A stretch of 64,000 nt of DNA from Camelus ferus (GCF_009834535.1 NC_045697.1:107634001-107698000), one strand, 5' to 3'; shown: positions 11,030-23,940, counted from the first letter of the stretch. The notes: generated by a model from the sequence alone, not told the origin. Made by a program: numbers and translations.

Positions 11030-14000
11030 GAGGATTCTGGGAAGATGGCAGAGTAGGGAGCACCAGGAATCAGTTTCCCCACTTAGACAATAATTGCACT
11101 GATAGAATCTGACTGCTGTAGATATTTTGGAACTCTGGGGCCTATCGAAGGCTTGCAAGTTATAGAGGAAGTTTGGATGGTAAACTGTGGTCAGTCTCAG
11201 ATCTTAGCACCGTGGCAGCTACCCATCCCCCACTTCTAGTTCCATGGTACAACTGCCTAGCTGTGCATGTGTTCTTGGAGCAGTTTTCACATAGCTTCCA
11301 GAGCCAGGGTGGTCAAAAAGGACCTTGTCCTTGAAATATCAAGGATCTGTGCTTTGATTGCTAATGCTCTGTCTCATCTCAGAGATGTAAACAAAGTGGT
11401 GGGTGGCCATTGTTTTTTCAGCTCCCCCGGTTGTTGCAAGCCCCTCTCCCTCTAACTGAAGTGTCTTGTAGGGAGCTTAAAAAGCTAGTGCCCTTCCCCC
11501 TTCATTTTTCTCTTTTCCCCTTTTTAGGAGCAAGACATTAAATGATGGGGAATTCAAAAGCAACTGCTTATATGAGGGAAGTTAGAGAGTCAGTGCACAT
11601 ACTCATGGAAAGGTGTAGGCTCAGAAAACACCTGAGACGACCTTATGTTTACACCTCAGGCTGATCCTTGGCATGGAGATAGCCTACAACAATTTAAAAA
11701 CAAAAACAAAAACAAAACACCCAGTAAACTCTGGGGAATGAGGAGAATCTAATTTCCAGAGTTAACACATCACAAATTCAAATGTCCAATTTTCAACAAA
11801 ACATCATGAGGCACACAAAGAAACAAGGAAGTAAGGCCCATTTAAAGGAAAAATAAATTAACATAAATTGTCGCTGAAAAAGACCTGAGGAGACTTCAAA
11901 ACAACTATCTTAAAGATGCTCAAAGAACTAAAGGAAGATGTGGAGAAAGTCAAGAAGTAGCTGTATGAACAGAATGGAAATTTTAAAAGAGATGCAGAAC
12001 CTAAAAAGAAACCAAAAAGAAATTTTGAAATGGAAAAATGCAATAACTGAAATAAAATTTCACTAGAGGGATTCAAAGGCAAAATGGACCAGCCGAAGAA
12101 AGCATCAGTGAACCTTAAGAGAGTACAAGGGAAAAACTATTGCATCTGAGGAACAGAAAGGAAAAAAAGAAAAATGAATAGAGCATGAGGGACCTATGAG
12201 ACACCGTCAAGCAGACCAACGTACACACTGAGAGAGTCTTAAAAGGTAGTTCCAGGAAGGATTTCAGAAGATCGAGCTGCGGTCTGCTTTAAGCCCCAGG
12301 TGGGAGAACCATGGCCACAGAGACTCTGAAGAGATACCCAGCACCTTTTCTATTTAGAGGAACACGGGGCTGAGGTGGGGGCTGAAAAGAGGGCACACTT
12401 ACTTATTCACACTTGGATGGCACTTGTGACCAGAGAAAATGTCTAATGTCTGTAAACGGAAGCACAGCGAGTGCCGAGAAGATGAAGGACCACACAGCAA
12501 ACCATCATTCCGTGGGGCTTCTCCTTAAAATGAGAAGAGAGAGAGAAAGGAGCAGAGAGAATATTTGACAAAATGATGACTGAAAACTTTGCAAATTTAA
12601 TGAAAGACATGAATATAGACATCCAAGAAGTTCAATGAACTTCAGGGTGAACTCAGAGTGACTCACACATAGACATACCAATGATCAAACTTTTCAAAGA
12701 CAAAGAATCTTGAAAGTAGCAAGAAAGAAGCAACTAATTACTTATAGGGAATCTTCAACAAGACCATTTCTCATCAGAAACTTTGACGACCAGAAGATAA
12801 TAAGCTGATATATTCAGAGCACCAAAAGTAAACAAAACAAAACAAATAAACCCTGTCAACTGTGAGTCCTACATCTGGCAAAACTGTCCTTCAAAAGTTA
12901 GGGAGAAATTAAGACATTCCCTGATAAACAAAAACCCAGGGAGTTAATTACCGTTAGATTTTCCTAGAAAGAAATGCTAAAGGGAGTCTTGGAGGTTGAT
13001 GTGAAAGGACACTAGACAACAATTTGCAGCTGTATGAAACTATATAGCTGTCAGTCAGGGTAAACACAGGGGCAATTATAAAAGCTGGTATTTTTGTAAC
13101 AACTGTCTGTCATTCCACTTTTTGTTTTCTACATGATGTAAGAGACTAACACATTAACAAAAATAATTATTAGTCTAAAAGCCAATATTATTTTGATTTT
13201 GGCTTGTAACTCCACCTTTTGTTTTCTACATAATTTAGAATACTAATGCATGTAAAAGGATTATTAATTCATGTTTTATGTATACAATATATAAAGAGGC
13301 AATTTTATGATATCAACAATTGAAAGGGGTCAGGATGGAGCTGTAAAAGGGCACAGTTTTGTTTATTGCTGAAGTTAAGCTAGTATAAATTCAATTTAGG
13401 TTGTTGTAAGTTTGACAGTGTTTAATATAATCTCCACGATAACCACAAAGAAATAGCGATAGAATGTACAGAAAAGGAAATGAGAACCAATTAAAAGGTT
13501 TAATGACAAAAAAGTGTAGGAAATGAGGGCAAAAGAGAAATAATATATGGAAAATAACAGCAAGATGACATAAGTAATTCTCTCCTTGTCAATAATTACT
13601 TTGATAGCTTAAATTTTCCAGTTAAAAGACAGAAACTGGCAGAACGATCCAACTCTATGCTGTCTACAGGAGATTCACTTTATGAGAAAATGTCTACAAA
13701 TCATATCACTGATAAGGGATTAAAATCCAGAATATATAGAGAATAACTACAACTTAACAACAAGAAAAATAATCAATCTGATTAAAAAATAGGCAAAGGA
13801 CTTGAACAGACATTTTTCCAAAGAAAATATTCAAATGGCCAATAAGCACATGGAAAAATGCTCAATATTATTAACCATTAGGAAAATGCAAATCAAACTA
13901 CAATGGGATTCCACTTCATGCCTATTAGGGTGGCTATTATCAAACAAACAGAAAGCAAGTGTTTGTGGGGATGTGAAGAAATTGGAACCCTTGTGCGTGG

Positions 14001-14672
14001 GAATGTAGGAATGAAAAATGGTACAGTCACTATCGAAAACAATATGATGGTTCCTTACAAATAAAGAATAGAATTACCATATGATCCAGCAATTCCACTT
14101 CTTGGTATATATCTATACCTTGAAGGCAGGGTCTCAAAGAGAGATTTGTACCCCCATGGTCATAGCAGCATTATTCATAATAGTCCAAAGGTGGAAGCAA
14201 CCTAAGTGTTCATTGATGGATGAATGAATAGGCAAAAATTTGGTATATACACATAATGGAATATTATTCAGCCTTAAAAAGGAAGGAGATTCTGACATTT
14301 GCTGCAACATGGATGAACCTTGAGGACATTTTATATTAAATGAAATAAACCAGTCACAAAAGATAAATACTGTGCATTTCCACTTATAGAGAATATTTGG
14401 TCATCATATAGTCTCTGGAGAGTATACAGATTAGTCCAAGTCATAGAGATAGAAGGCAGAATGTTGGTTGCCCAAGTCTGGGAGGAAGGAAAAAATGTGG
14501 AGTTATTGTTTAGTGGGTGTTCAATTTCAGTTTTACAAGATGAAAAGAGTTCTGGAAATGAGTGGTGGTGATGGTGGCACAACATTATGAATGTATTTAA
14601 TACTAGTGAGCTGTACACTTAAAAATAGTTAAGATGGTAAATTTTATGTTACATATATTTTGCCATAATAGA
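11030..14672 (+). mobile_element. Old L1 (L1MB/L1M-type): 5' UTR, ORF1 remnant, ORF2 start, large internal ORF2 deletion at ~13682, then 3' end
   Basis: 5' end GAGGATTCTGGGAAGATGGCAGAGTAGG; ORF1-like 11800-13000; endonuclease-start motif TATGCTGTCTACAGGAGATTCAC joined directly to C-terminal sequence (MNRHFSKENIQMANKHMEKCS); L1MB-type 3' UTR. Confidence 0.85.
12245..12523 (-). other. Non-repeat insert within L1 ORF1, containing a candidate 47-nt exon (12449-12403)
   Basis: Flanked by CTTAAAA at 12238-12244 and 12524-12530; minus strand reads pyrimidine-rich tract-TTTACAG|47 nt|GTAAGT. Confidence 0.65.
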
Positions 14673-14699
14673 AACAGTTTGGGGAGGAAACATGAATGA

Positions 14700-15055
14700 A
14701 GTACGGACAATGCCACAATATTGGTGAACCTTTAAAACGTTCTGCTAAGTGAAATAAATCAGTCACAAAAGGACAAGTATTGTATGACTCCACTGTTATA
14801 AAGTATCTAGAGGAGACAGAAAGTAGGGGAGAGGCTACCAGGGGTAGGGGAATAGGGGAGGATGGGAGTGGATAGTTATTGTTCAATGTGTGCAGAGTTT
14901 CAATTGGGGAAGATGAAAATGTTCTGGAGATGGATGGTAGTAAGGATTGCACAAAAATGTGATTGTATTTAATACCACTCAACTGTATTCATAAAAATGT
15001 CTAAAATTATAACTTTTATGTTATATATATTTTACCACACACACACACACCAAAA
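14700..15055 (+). mobile_element. Second L1MB-like 3' end
   Basis: TAAGTGAAATAAATCAGTCACAAAAGGACAAGTATTGTATGA...TTTTATGTTATATATATTTTACCAC. Confidence 0.8.
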
Positions 15056-15274
15056 AAGTTCACTACCTTCTAGGCATGAATCCACTAGGAGTTCTAAGCT
15101 AAGAAATTTGCTTAGATTATCTACTCCCAAATTATGGGAGAGAGGCAAGGGCCCCCTGCTAGGGAATTTTATTCCCTAGTGCCTGGCTGGTACCCTTAGT
15201 ACCCTCCTGAGACAGCTCCTGCCTTGGCTGGGGAGACAGACCCCAAAACAATTTTAAAACAGCTGTGAGAGTAG

Positions 15275-15525
15275 AGTGAGACTGTCTAGAAAAGGCAAAA
15301 TTCACAGAGCCAGTAAGCAGACTGGTGACTGCCCGGGACTGGGGGAGGGGTCATGGGAAGTGCGTGCTAGCGAGTATGGGGTTTCTTTTGGGGGTGATGA
15401 AAATGTTCCAAAGTTAGATAATGGTAAAATTTGCACAACCTTCAGAATATACAAAAAACCATTGAACTGTACATTCTAAGTGAGTGAATTTTGTGGTATG
15501 TGAATTATATCTCAGTAAAGCTAGT
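15275..15525 (+). mobile_element. Third old L1 (L1MB/MC) 3' end
   Basis: AGAAAAGGCAAA...GGGGTTTCTTTTGGGGGTGATGAAAATGTTC...TGTGAATTATATCTCAGTAAAG. Confidence 0.75.
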
Positions 15526-15532
15526 ATTATTA

Positions 15533-15702
15533 TTTTTTCTTTTTTTTTAATTGAAATGTAGTTGATTGACAATGTTAGTTTCAGGTGCACAGCGAAGTGA
15601 TTCAGTTATACATATACATACATATATTTTTTTCAGATTCTTTCCCATTATATATTATTACAAGAAATTGAATATAATTCCCTGTGCTATACAGTAGGTC
15701 CT
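15533..15702 (-). mobile_element. Short younger L1 3' UTR tip
   Basis: T-tail, then AATTGAAATGTAGTTGATTGACAATG...CCCTGTGCTATACAGTAGGTCC. Confidence 0.8.
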
Positions 15703-16624
15703 TTAATAAAGGTATTATTAAAAGTTTGTTTTTAATTAAAAAAAAGGAAAGCCAGAACCAAGCAACTCTGGATTCTTGGAGATTATAACTGGGCTCAAAG
15801 CCACCAGGACTCCTGTTTATCCTTCATGTCATTCCCCCTCCTGGTGGGGAGCATGGCTTCTGACAGCCCTGGATTCACCCAACAGGCAAGAGTGAGATTC
15901 TTCCCCACAACTCCAGTAGAAAATTCTAGGTTAGGGCTGGAAATGACTTGGCTGGATTCCTGTGTGCATCTGGGGCTAATCCTGAAACTGGGGTGGGTGG
16001 TGGGAATGGGGATAGAGCACCATGATCAACTCAACATGGGGCTGAAGAGTGTCCAGAAGGACTGGAGACAAGCATAGGACAAAGATGACAGTTGCTTTGC
16101 AAAAGCCAAATGTCTCCTCTAGATGTTCAGTTGATTCTGGCTGGAACTCTGAGAATTTCCTGATTCAAGCTCCAAGGGCTGAAATTTATGATTGGGTTCT
16201 GCTCTACTGAGTATGAATTAACTCTGTCCCTACACTTCAGAGTACCTTAATGATGTCTTAATTACTTCTGGGTCACTGACACATGGTCCTTCAAATTGTT
16301 TAATTTAAAAGGTGGTCCTTTTTTTACCTTTAATATCTGTTTTATCTTGAAAGACATTTTTTTTAAACTTCCTTAGTTCAGAATAGAAATTTCAATATCT
16401 AAGAGCTAAGCTGACACTTTAAAGACACCCACAGTAGCTTTTGTGAGGTCTTCCCTGGAGATGAGGCAGTAGCTTGATCGTGACTCACTAGCTGCTGCCC
16501 TGTGGTAGCTCCTCCAGCCTCTGAACCTGGAGCTGGTGTCCCTCTTGCTGGGTCAGGGCTGAAGAGGGAAGAGCGGGGGAGAGTTGCATTGCTCATTCTT
16601 ATGCATCCAGTGTTACTTGGCTCC

Positions 16625-17075
16625 TGTTATGGGCTGAATTGTACCTCTGCAAAATTCGTATGTTGTGCTAAGACCCAGTATCTCAGAATATGACCTTATT
16701 TGGAGAGACGGTTTTTACTGAGGTAATCAAGTTAAGATGAGATCTTTAGGGTGAACTCTCATCCAATATGACCAGTGTCCTTGTAAAAAGAGGAAATCTG
16801 GAGGCAGACCTATGCATAGGGATAACATCATGTGAAGATGAAGGCAGAGATGGGGTGATGGTTCTACATGCCAAGGAACACCAAAGGCTGGCCACAAACC
16901 ACCGGCAGCTGGGGGACAGCATGGAACAGATTCTTCCTCGTGGTCCAGAGAAGGAACCAACTCTGCTGACATCTTGAACTCGGACTTCTAGTCTCCAAAA
17001 TAGTCAGAAAATAAATTTCTGTCATTAAGGCCACCCAGTCTGTGGTACTTTGGCAGCCCTAGCAAACCGATTCTT
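16625..17075 (+). mobile_element. MaLR solo LTR (MLT1B/C-like)
   Basis: TGTTATGGGCTGAATTGT...CAGAATATGACCTTATTTGGA...AATAAATTTCTG...GGCAGCCCTAGCAAAC. Confidence 0.85.
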
Positions 17076-17604
17076 TGAAACAATAGTGTAAACTTAACAC
17101 TATTGGAGACACGCCTTTTCCCTTGCCTCTTACCCTGTGAGCATGCCCCTCTCTGCTTAGTTTGGGCCACACACTTTTACCTGCCCCCCAGCCTTATTCT
17201 CCTCCCACCTTGCCTTCTGATCCTTATCTCCCTTTGCCTACCCTGTGACCCCACTGTTCCCAGCCTCTCTGACATCTGTCCTGGGTCCTCCTCTATTACC
17301 CTCATGGGTCAAAATCTGACTTGGAAGTGATTGGGCTGAACTTAGGTGTCTTAATGGACTTTCAGTCGGCATGCAGAGGAGGAGCTCTTCGAAGGAGCAG
17401 AGATGGGATGACATCCCCACAACTATGAGTGAGAAGGGACCTCATGTCACAGCCATCATCATTCCTTCGCAGCAACCCCAGTGGGGTAACCAAAGCCATC
17501 CTTCTGGGACTCTTTTTCCCCCTCTGGGATTATGGATAACTTATTTCTTCTCCTGGCTTTGGGTCCCTTAATATGGGAGTTAAAAAAAAAAAAAGGTTAA
17601 AACA

Positions 17605-17765
17605 TAGTTGAGGCCAGAAAGATCTGAGTTCTAGAGGTAGTTCTGACTTGTTCTGATTGTGTGACCTTGTGGAAGCTCCTCTGTTCTCTGAGCCTTGTCT
17701 GTAAAACAGGAATAATAATTTATACCTCGAAGGTATGTTATGAGGATTAAATAAGATAATAATAA
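17605..17765 (+). mobile_element. MIR
   Basis: TGTGTGACCTTG...CTCTGAGCCT...TCTGTAAAACAGGAATAATAAT...TGAGGATTAAAT core. Confidence 0.8.
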
Positions 17766-18203
17766 TCATTCAGAGCTACTGAAAATTAACATTCATGGAC
17801 CAGATACTATGTTGCATGAACCCCTTCATTAGAAAATGTGTTTAAGTCCTTAGGACAGGATCTGGGTCTACAGTGCAAACTCCTAGTAGGGCCCAGTAGG
17901 AGAGACAGGCAGCGTAAGAAACATTTTTCTTCCTTATTCAGATGTTTTGAATAAAAGCTGAGTATATCAAATAGGCTTGATTAAAAATGACAAATTGGCA
18001 ACAAAATTTAAGGGTCCATTCGATTTTTTTAATACTCTCATTATGCTGTATTTTACATTTCTTGAAATAAAAATGACTCTCAGTTGGAAATATTTCAGTT
18101 CTAATGAATTTTTATGTGGTTGTACATTGCCTTGGATTGTGCGTCTGCACGTGTATTCCATTAAGACCTTAATTCAAATAATTCACTCAGCATTACTCTA
18201 TAT

Positions 18204-18348
18204 CAGTGCTTCTCAACCAGGGACAGTTCTCCTGCCAGGGAACATTTGGCAATGTCTGGAGACATTTTGGTTGTCGTGACAGGACAGTCCCCAAAACAAA
18301 GAATTATTTAGCCCCAAACGTTAATAGCATCGAGGCTGAGAGACGCTG
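18204..18348. mobile_element. MER20 (hAT-Charlie) with internal deletion
   Basis: CAGTGCTTCTCAACC...GGCAATGTCTGGAGACATTTTGGTTGTC...GAGGCTGAGAGACGCTG. Confidence 0.75.
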
Positions 18349-19844
18349 CCCTCTCCATTTCTGTTTCTGTCTCTGTCTCTCTCTCTATATATATTTATAT
18401 AACAGACTTTAAAAGATTTATATATAATACATAACATATATTATGACATGCAAACATACAGTCATCATAGAAACAGAATGAAAGCGAGCTACACAGTAAA
18501 AAAAACTTTTCCAAGGAAAATTACTGATGAGGTGAGACTGAGATTGAACTGTGTCAATTCTGTCTGTGGAGGCTGGAGATGTCCAGGATGTCAGGTTTCT
18601 GAACAAGTCAGCCAACTTTCCAACCCATCTGCCAAGAACACAGCCCAGTTCTGCCTCAGCCCAGTGACCCATCTGGGAGCCCTGGCCGAGGGAGACAACA
18701 GTGTTGTTATCTCCTCGTAGAACTGGGCACGACTGCGGAGCAACACACACTAGCATTTTTGTTAGGAGTTGGCAAGTTCACAATTAGCTCAATTGTTTCA
18801 GAAAGTGCGCGAATGTGCGATGGCTTCGTGTTGTTAATGTCTGCAGTGTGCGGAGAATAAAAGGATGGCTGGGGGAGGGGGCACACCAGTTTGAATTATT
18901 CAAATACATGCAGAATTATACAGCCCTAAAGACTCCATTTCAGAGCCTCCTTCCTGCATCGACATAATGTATTAGATTCTATCAAGTCTTCCAAATAACT
19001 CTCTTGCTTTGAGTTAGGAATTGAAAAGAGGTCCATTCATTCGTTCGGGATACCAGGTGATCATTTTTGTTGTTGGCAAAAGGAAAAAAAATCAGAAATG
19101 ACACAAGACTGGACTGATAAACGTCCTTCGGTCACCCTGCCACCTCTTTTTTTTTTACATCGCAGCAGCTCAGAGGCTGTCAGTCTTTCATTGTAAGTCC
19201 CACGGTGTCTACAGTCATGCTTAGCCACTGCTGCTATCATTGTTTTTCCTTCTAATATTTTGAGCTAAAATAAATAGTTGGGGATCTATCATCCAATTAT
19301 CAAAAGACTCACTCTGTGATAAGTTAAGTTCTTGTATCTCCAGAGAGCGATATCAAGTCAGGCCAGCAAGATGCTCTTTTGTGTTGGGTTTCCCGGTCCA
19401 GGAGCAAATCAAAGTAGAATAATGATCAGTCCAGGTGATTAATCAACAAATATTCAATGAGTGACCACCGGGACTCAGCACAGAGCTAGGTGCTATGAGA
19501 TATATAAACATGTGTTATGGATCTACAAATAAGAAGGGAAGTGTAAATTTATAAAGGAAAATAGATATTTGTGGTGAAAGGGTGTTTGGTAGGGAGTGGA
19601 TCTAAAAACTGTTAGAATTTTGGGCTTTCAGGATAGCATAATCTAGTTAGGGAGACAAATTACATTGATAGCAGAGAATTAATGATTGCTAAAGAGTTTG
19701 GTCTTAGTTATCAGTGAAATGTAAATTTATAAAAGGAAAATCTAGATTGGCTTAGGTAAAGGGTTTATTCTATGAAGCAATTTAAAACAAGACAGGATGA
19801 ATAATTCATATTATAGAGTCAAGCTAAGAAGTCTGAAATTGATA

Positions 19845-19845
<1 letters not shown>

Positions 19846-19884
<39 letters not shown>
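19846..19884 (+). repeat. (CA)n microsatellite
   Basis: Pure CA run read directly. Confidence 0.95.
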
Positions 19885-19886
<2 letters not shown>

Positions 19887-21949
19887 AAGCAACTCTCCTG
19901 AGCAATGGGACGACTGTCAGTCAAGAGCCATAATTGTGCTGGGCACTGTGCCAGGTGCTGGGGGCGCCAAGATGCCCAGTGTGCAGTACTTGCTCTGACA
20001 GAGCTCACAAAGAGGCATTATAGGAACTGGATTCAGCTGCTGTCCATGGGACAGACAGGAGTGGGAAGAGTCCAGAGCCAAACAGACCAGCTATGAGGAT
20101 GGGCAGGCTGGTGATGAGGACCTGGGCTGCTGTGTTGGTCTCGGGAGAGCAGAGAAAAATAAGTCGGGAAGGCATTAATGTACTTGGAGCCTGGAAAAAG
20201 GGACTGAAAGATAGGAACGCTCTAAGGAGGGAGGGACACGGGCTCCGTGAGGCTGCCACCAACTGAAACCGGGCAATTGTGAAGGCAGTTAGTTGGAACG
20301 GAGAAGGGTTGAAGATCTTGAAAGTGAGCTAGTGGCAGGACGTACATGTTGGAATAAATAGTGGGAAGAAGGAACTATGTAAGATAGATGAGAATGGATG
20401 AATTGTACAGGAACTGAGGACTGAGAGAGACAGAGAGAGAGAGAACGAAGCTCAGAGCCTTGTGGGCATCATCCCTGGAATTAGGAGTTGGGAAGGGAGA
20501 AGGGACTCAAAAGTCTTTGAAAAGGTCAAGAAGAAGTAGGGAAATTAGTGTCACTGGATCTAAGGGAGGAAGGAATTTGAAGGAGTGGGTTGCCAGGGTG
20601 GTTAAATGCCACAGAGAGGCCGAAGAGAACGAAAACCAAGATAAAGCCATTCATTGTATAAGATTGCACTCTATTAAACAGCATGTGGGGTTTTTTTGTT
20701 TGTTTTAAAATTAAGTGAGAAGTACCAGATATTAATAAGCTCTGAAATAAAACACATATGCATATGAACAATGTCAAAGTTTCAGTGACCAGAAGGGCTG
20801 AGATAACAGTACCTTATAATCACATCGCATTTTTCTTTTCTAAGCACCTTCGACATTATTTCAACTGATCTTTTACAACATTCCTGAGATGATCAGAGCC
20901 TCAAAGGAATCAAATTTCCGTTTTTTCCATCATTTACTTGCTCAGTTACAGTTTGCATTTGTATAGCTTTCGATAAATAACTCTCCAGCATCTTTGTTGG
21001 CAGAAAATGAAATATGATGATAATAAGGATGAAACCCGTAGTAATAATACCCAATATTTATATGGCATAAGGTGATTTCACATGTTATTTCATCTTACCA
21101 TCAACAGTTCTGTGAGATGTCTCATTGTCTCCATTTTATTCGTGTGAGCAGCTTTTAAAAGCCCATGTCAAAAACAAATACACTGAACAGGGCTAAGCTA
21201 GACCAAATATATGGGCTTTTCATGTTTAATAAACTTAAGCTCCACTAAGAATAATGAAGAAAATCTTATCAGAGAACAAGAAAAAAGAATCTCAACATAG
21301 CAGGACACATCAATAAACGTATCCCCTTTCTATGAGCAGACAGAATAGAAAGTTGTATGTCTCATTTGAAAGTCTCAAAGATTTCTGTTCGTTAGAAATT
21401 TTGTGGTTGCAATGACAAAACCCACCTCAAACTCATATAGGGAAAAAAGTGGCAGGGGATTTATTGGCTCAGTAGTTGAAAAGTTTAATAAGAGTAGAAG
21501 TTCAGTCTAAAGGTTCAGACGTGGCTGGATCCACGTGCAATTCAAGTTGAAAAAGAAAGTAGCATCAGTACGTGGGTGGGCTGTGCGTGCAGGTACCATG
21601 TGCGTGCCCGCGCGCACGTGTGTGTGTGTGGTGGTGGGGAATCGGAAGTGACGGTGAGAATCAGCCCTACCTCAACCCCAAGGACTTGGAGCAGTAATTC
21701 TCATAAACTGTGAACAGTAGTTACTGTAAAGAAGGGATTTTTCTTCAGAGGAAAATCAAAGGGTTCCTCGCAGAAGAATGGATAGCTAATTACTCCTGTC
21801 TTCAAATAGTGTTCCACTGGCTTGCTTGATATTGTCACTGTTACTTCTCACTGTTTAAGAACTTGGGACTCAGGAGTTTCTTACAGATACTCTGCGGTCA
21901 AAGTTCTTAATGCTAGCTACACATAGAATCACCGGGTGACAAGAAAATA

Positions 21950-22090
<141 letters not shown>

Positions 22091-23591
22091 GCCTTAAAAA
22101 TATGCATGTGTGAGCCTAACGTCTCAAGTCTGGACCAATGTCTGGACCTCAACACCTCAAGCTTTGTCCACGCAGTAAGTGTTTGAAAGGAATAACAAAC
22201 TGCAGAGTTAATAGCAGGAGATATCAGTTCCTCATCTCATAGCTTTCCTCGCCTCCGTTCCCACCTCCCATGCTATCAGTGAGCACTCTTGGACAGAGTA
22301 GGTGCCCCATCGATACTGGCAGAACTGAATACAGTGGAACTGAATGGAGAAAACATACTATACTATCCATGTTTGTGTGCTTTCCTCCTTTGAACAGACT
22401 AGACTCCTACTATCTGTTCGTGATTTACTGTCTCCACGGCAAGAAAAGTGGTGAGCAAAATGAGGAGGAGTCCCGTTTGTGCTCAGGGACCCTCCAGTCC
22501 AAAAGGGGAGAGAGTGATGCATTTATAGGAATTACTTTTTCCAGCTGGGGGAGCTCCCAGCACCAGTCAACCATCACCCCTGTCTTAGGGGATTGAAAGG
22601 AATCTAAATCTTAAGGGGATTTAGGAGTTAGGCAGGGAACAGGGAGTCTGGGGTTTACTCAGCCTGTATAAAGTCCCGTGAGCAAAAGGAAGCCTAGCTC
22701 ATTTGGAGACTTGCAGCGAGTGGTTCATACGGCTAAAAGATACTGCCTAAGGGCGGAGTGGCCCGACTGAAGCTGTAGAAAAAGAGTCAGGGATATAAGG
22801 GGGAAGTTTATTTTCATTCAAGCGCTTAGGGCTCTAAAGAAATGTGTATTACAGACCACAGTCCCACACAGTCTATCATTTTCTGTTTGTGTGCTGAAAA
22901 AAAAAATTACAGCTTTAAATTGGATTTTAAAATCAGTTCCCCAAATAAACCAAACGTCATCCCTAAAACCCCTGCGATTTGGTGCTCTTGTGCTGCAGTG
23001 CCGCGGCTCGGCCACAGGGGTGCAGTGCAGCTCAGCATACAGTGGGAACCGGCGATGACTGGTGAATGGTCTGGGGGCGGGGTCCCAGGGAACCCCTCCC
23101 TAAAGTGGCAAACGCGGTTCTTCTTGAACTAGATGGAGCGGATTACCCCCACTTCTACCCTCTACACGTCCTTCCGCTATCATCCATTGCCCTTCCTTGC
23201 CAAAAACAAAACCAAAACTCATACATAGTGTGTGTGGAGTACGAAATTGTAAATTGATGGTTCTTACAGGATTTGCTTATCTGCACCCGTATCCCAGAGG
23301 ACAGTGGACTTGCCTCGTAAAAAAATTCGAAATAACCAAAATGTTCAGTGATCAGGGACTGACTAAATGACTTGTAATGTATCATACAAAGAAATACAAT
23401 ACGCCCTTTAAAAGATAGGAGAACTGATAATAAGAAAATGTTAAGTGAAAAAAAGCAAAATCCTAACAATACATGGTTTTACGTAGTTTATATTGCATAT
23501 ATTTACATAGAATAAACCCCTGGAAGTTACAAGTGATAATCCTTGACGGTAGAATTACTGTTGTTTTTTGTTTTCTTCTTTATAGTGTTTT

Positions 23592-23940
23592 TAATTTTTT
23601 TTGTATATATGTATTTTTTTAATAATCAGTTTACAATATTGTGTCAATTTCTGGTGTACAGCACAGTGCTTCAGTCATACATGAACATACATATATTCGT
23701 TTTCATATTCCTTTTCATCATAAGTTACTACAAGATATTGAATATAGTTCCGTATGCTATACAGTATAAACTTGTTGTTTACCTATTTTATACATATTAG
23801 GTAGTATCTGCAAATCTCAAACTCCCAGTTTATCCCTTCCCACCCCATGCCCCCCTGGTAACCATAAGTTCACTTTCTATTTCTGTAAGCCTGTTTCTGT
23901 TTTGTAAATAAGTTCGTTTGTCCTTTTTTTTTTTTTTTTC
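23592..23940 (-). mobile_element. L1 3' UTR portion of a U6/L1 chimera
   Basis: Typical L1 3' UTR (TTACAATATTGTGTCAATTTCTGGTGTACAGC...GGTAACCATAAGTT); homologous to 54700-55025. Confidence 0.9.
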
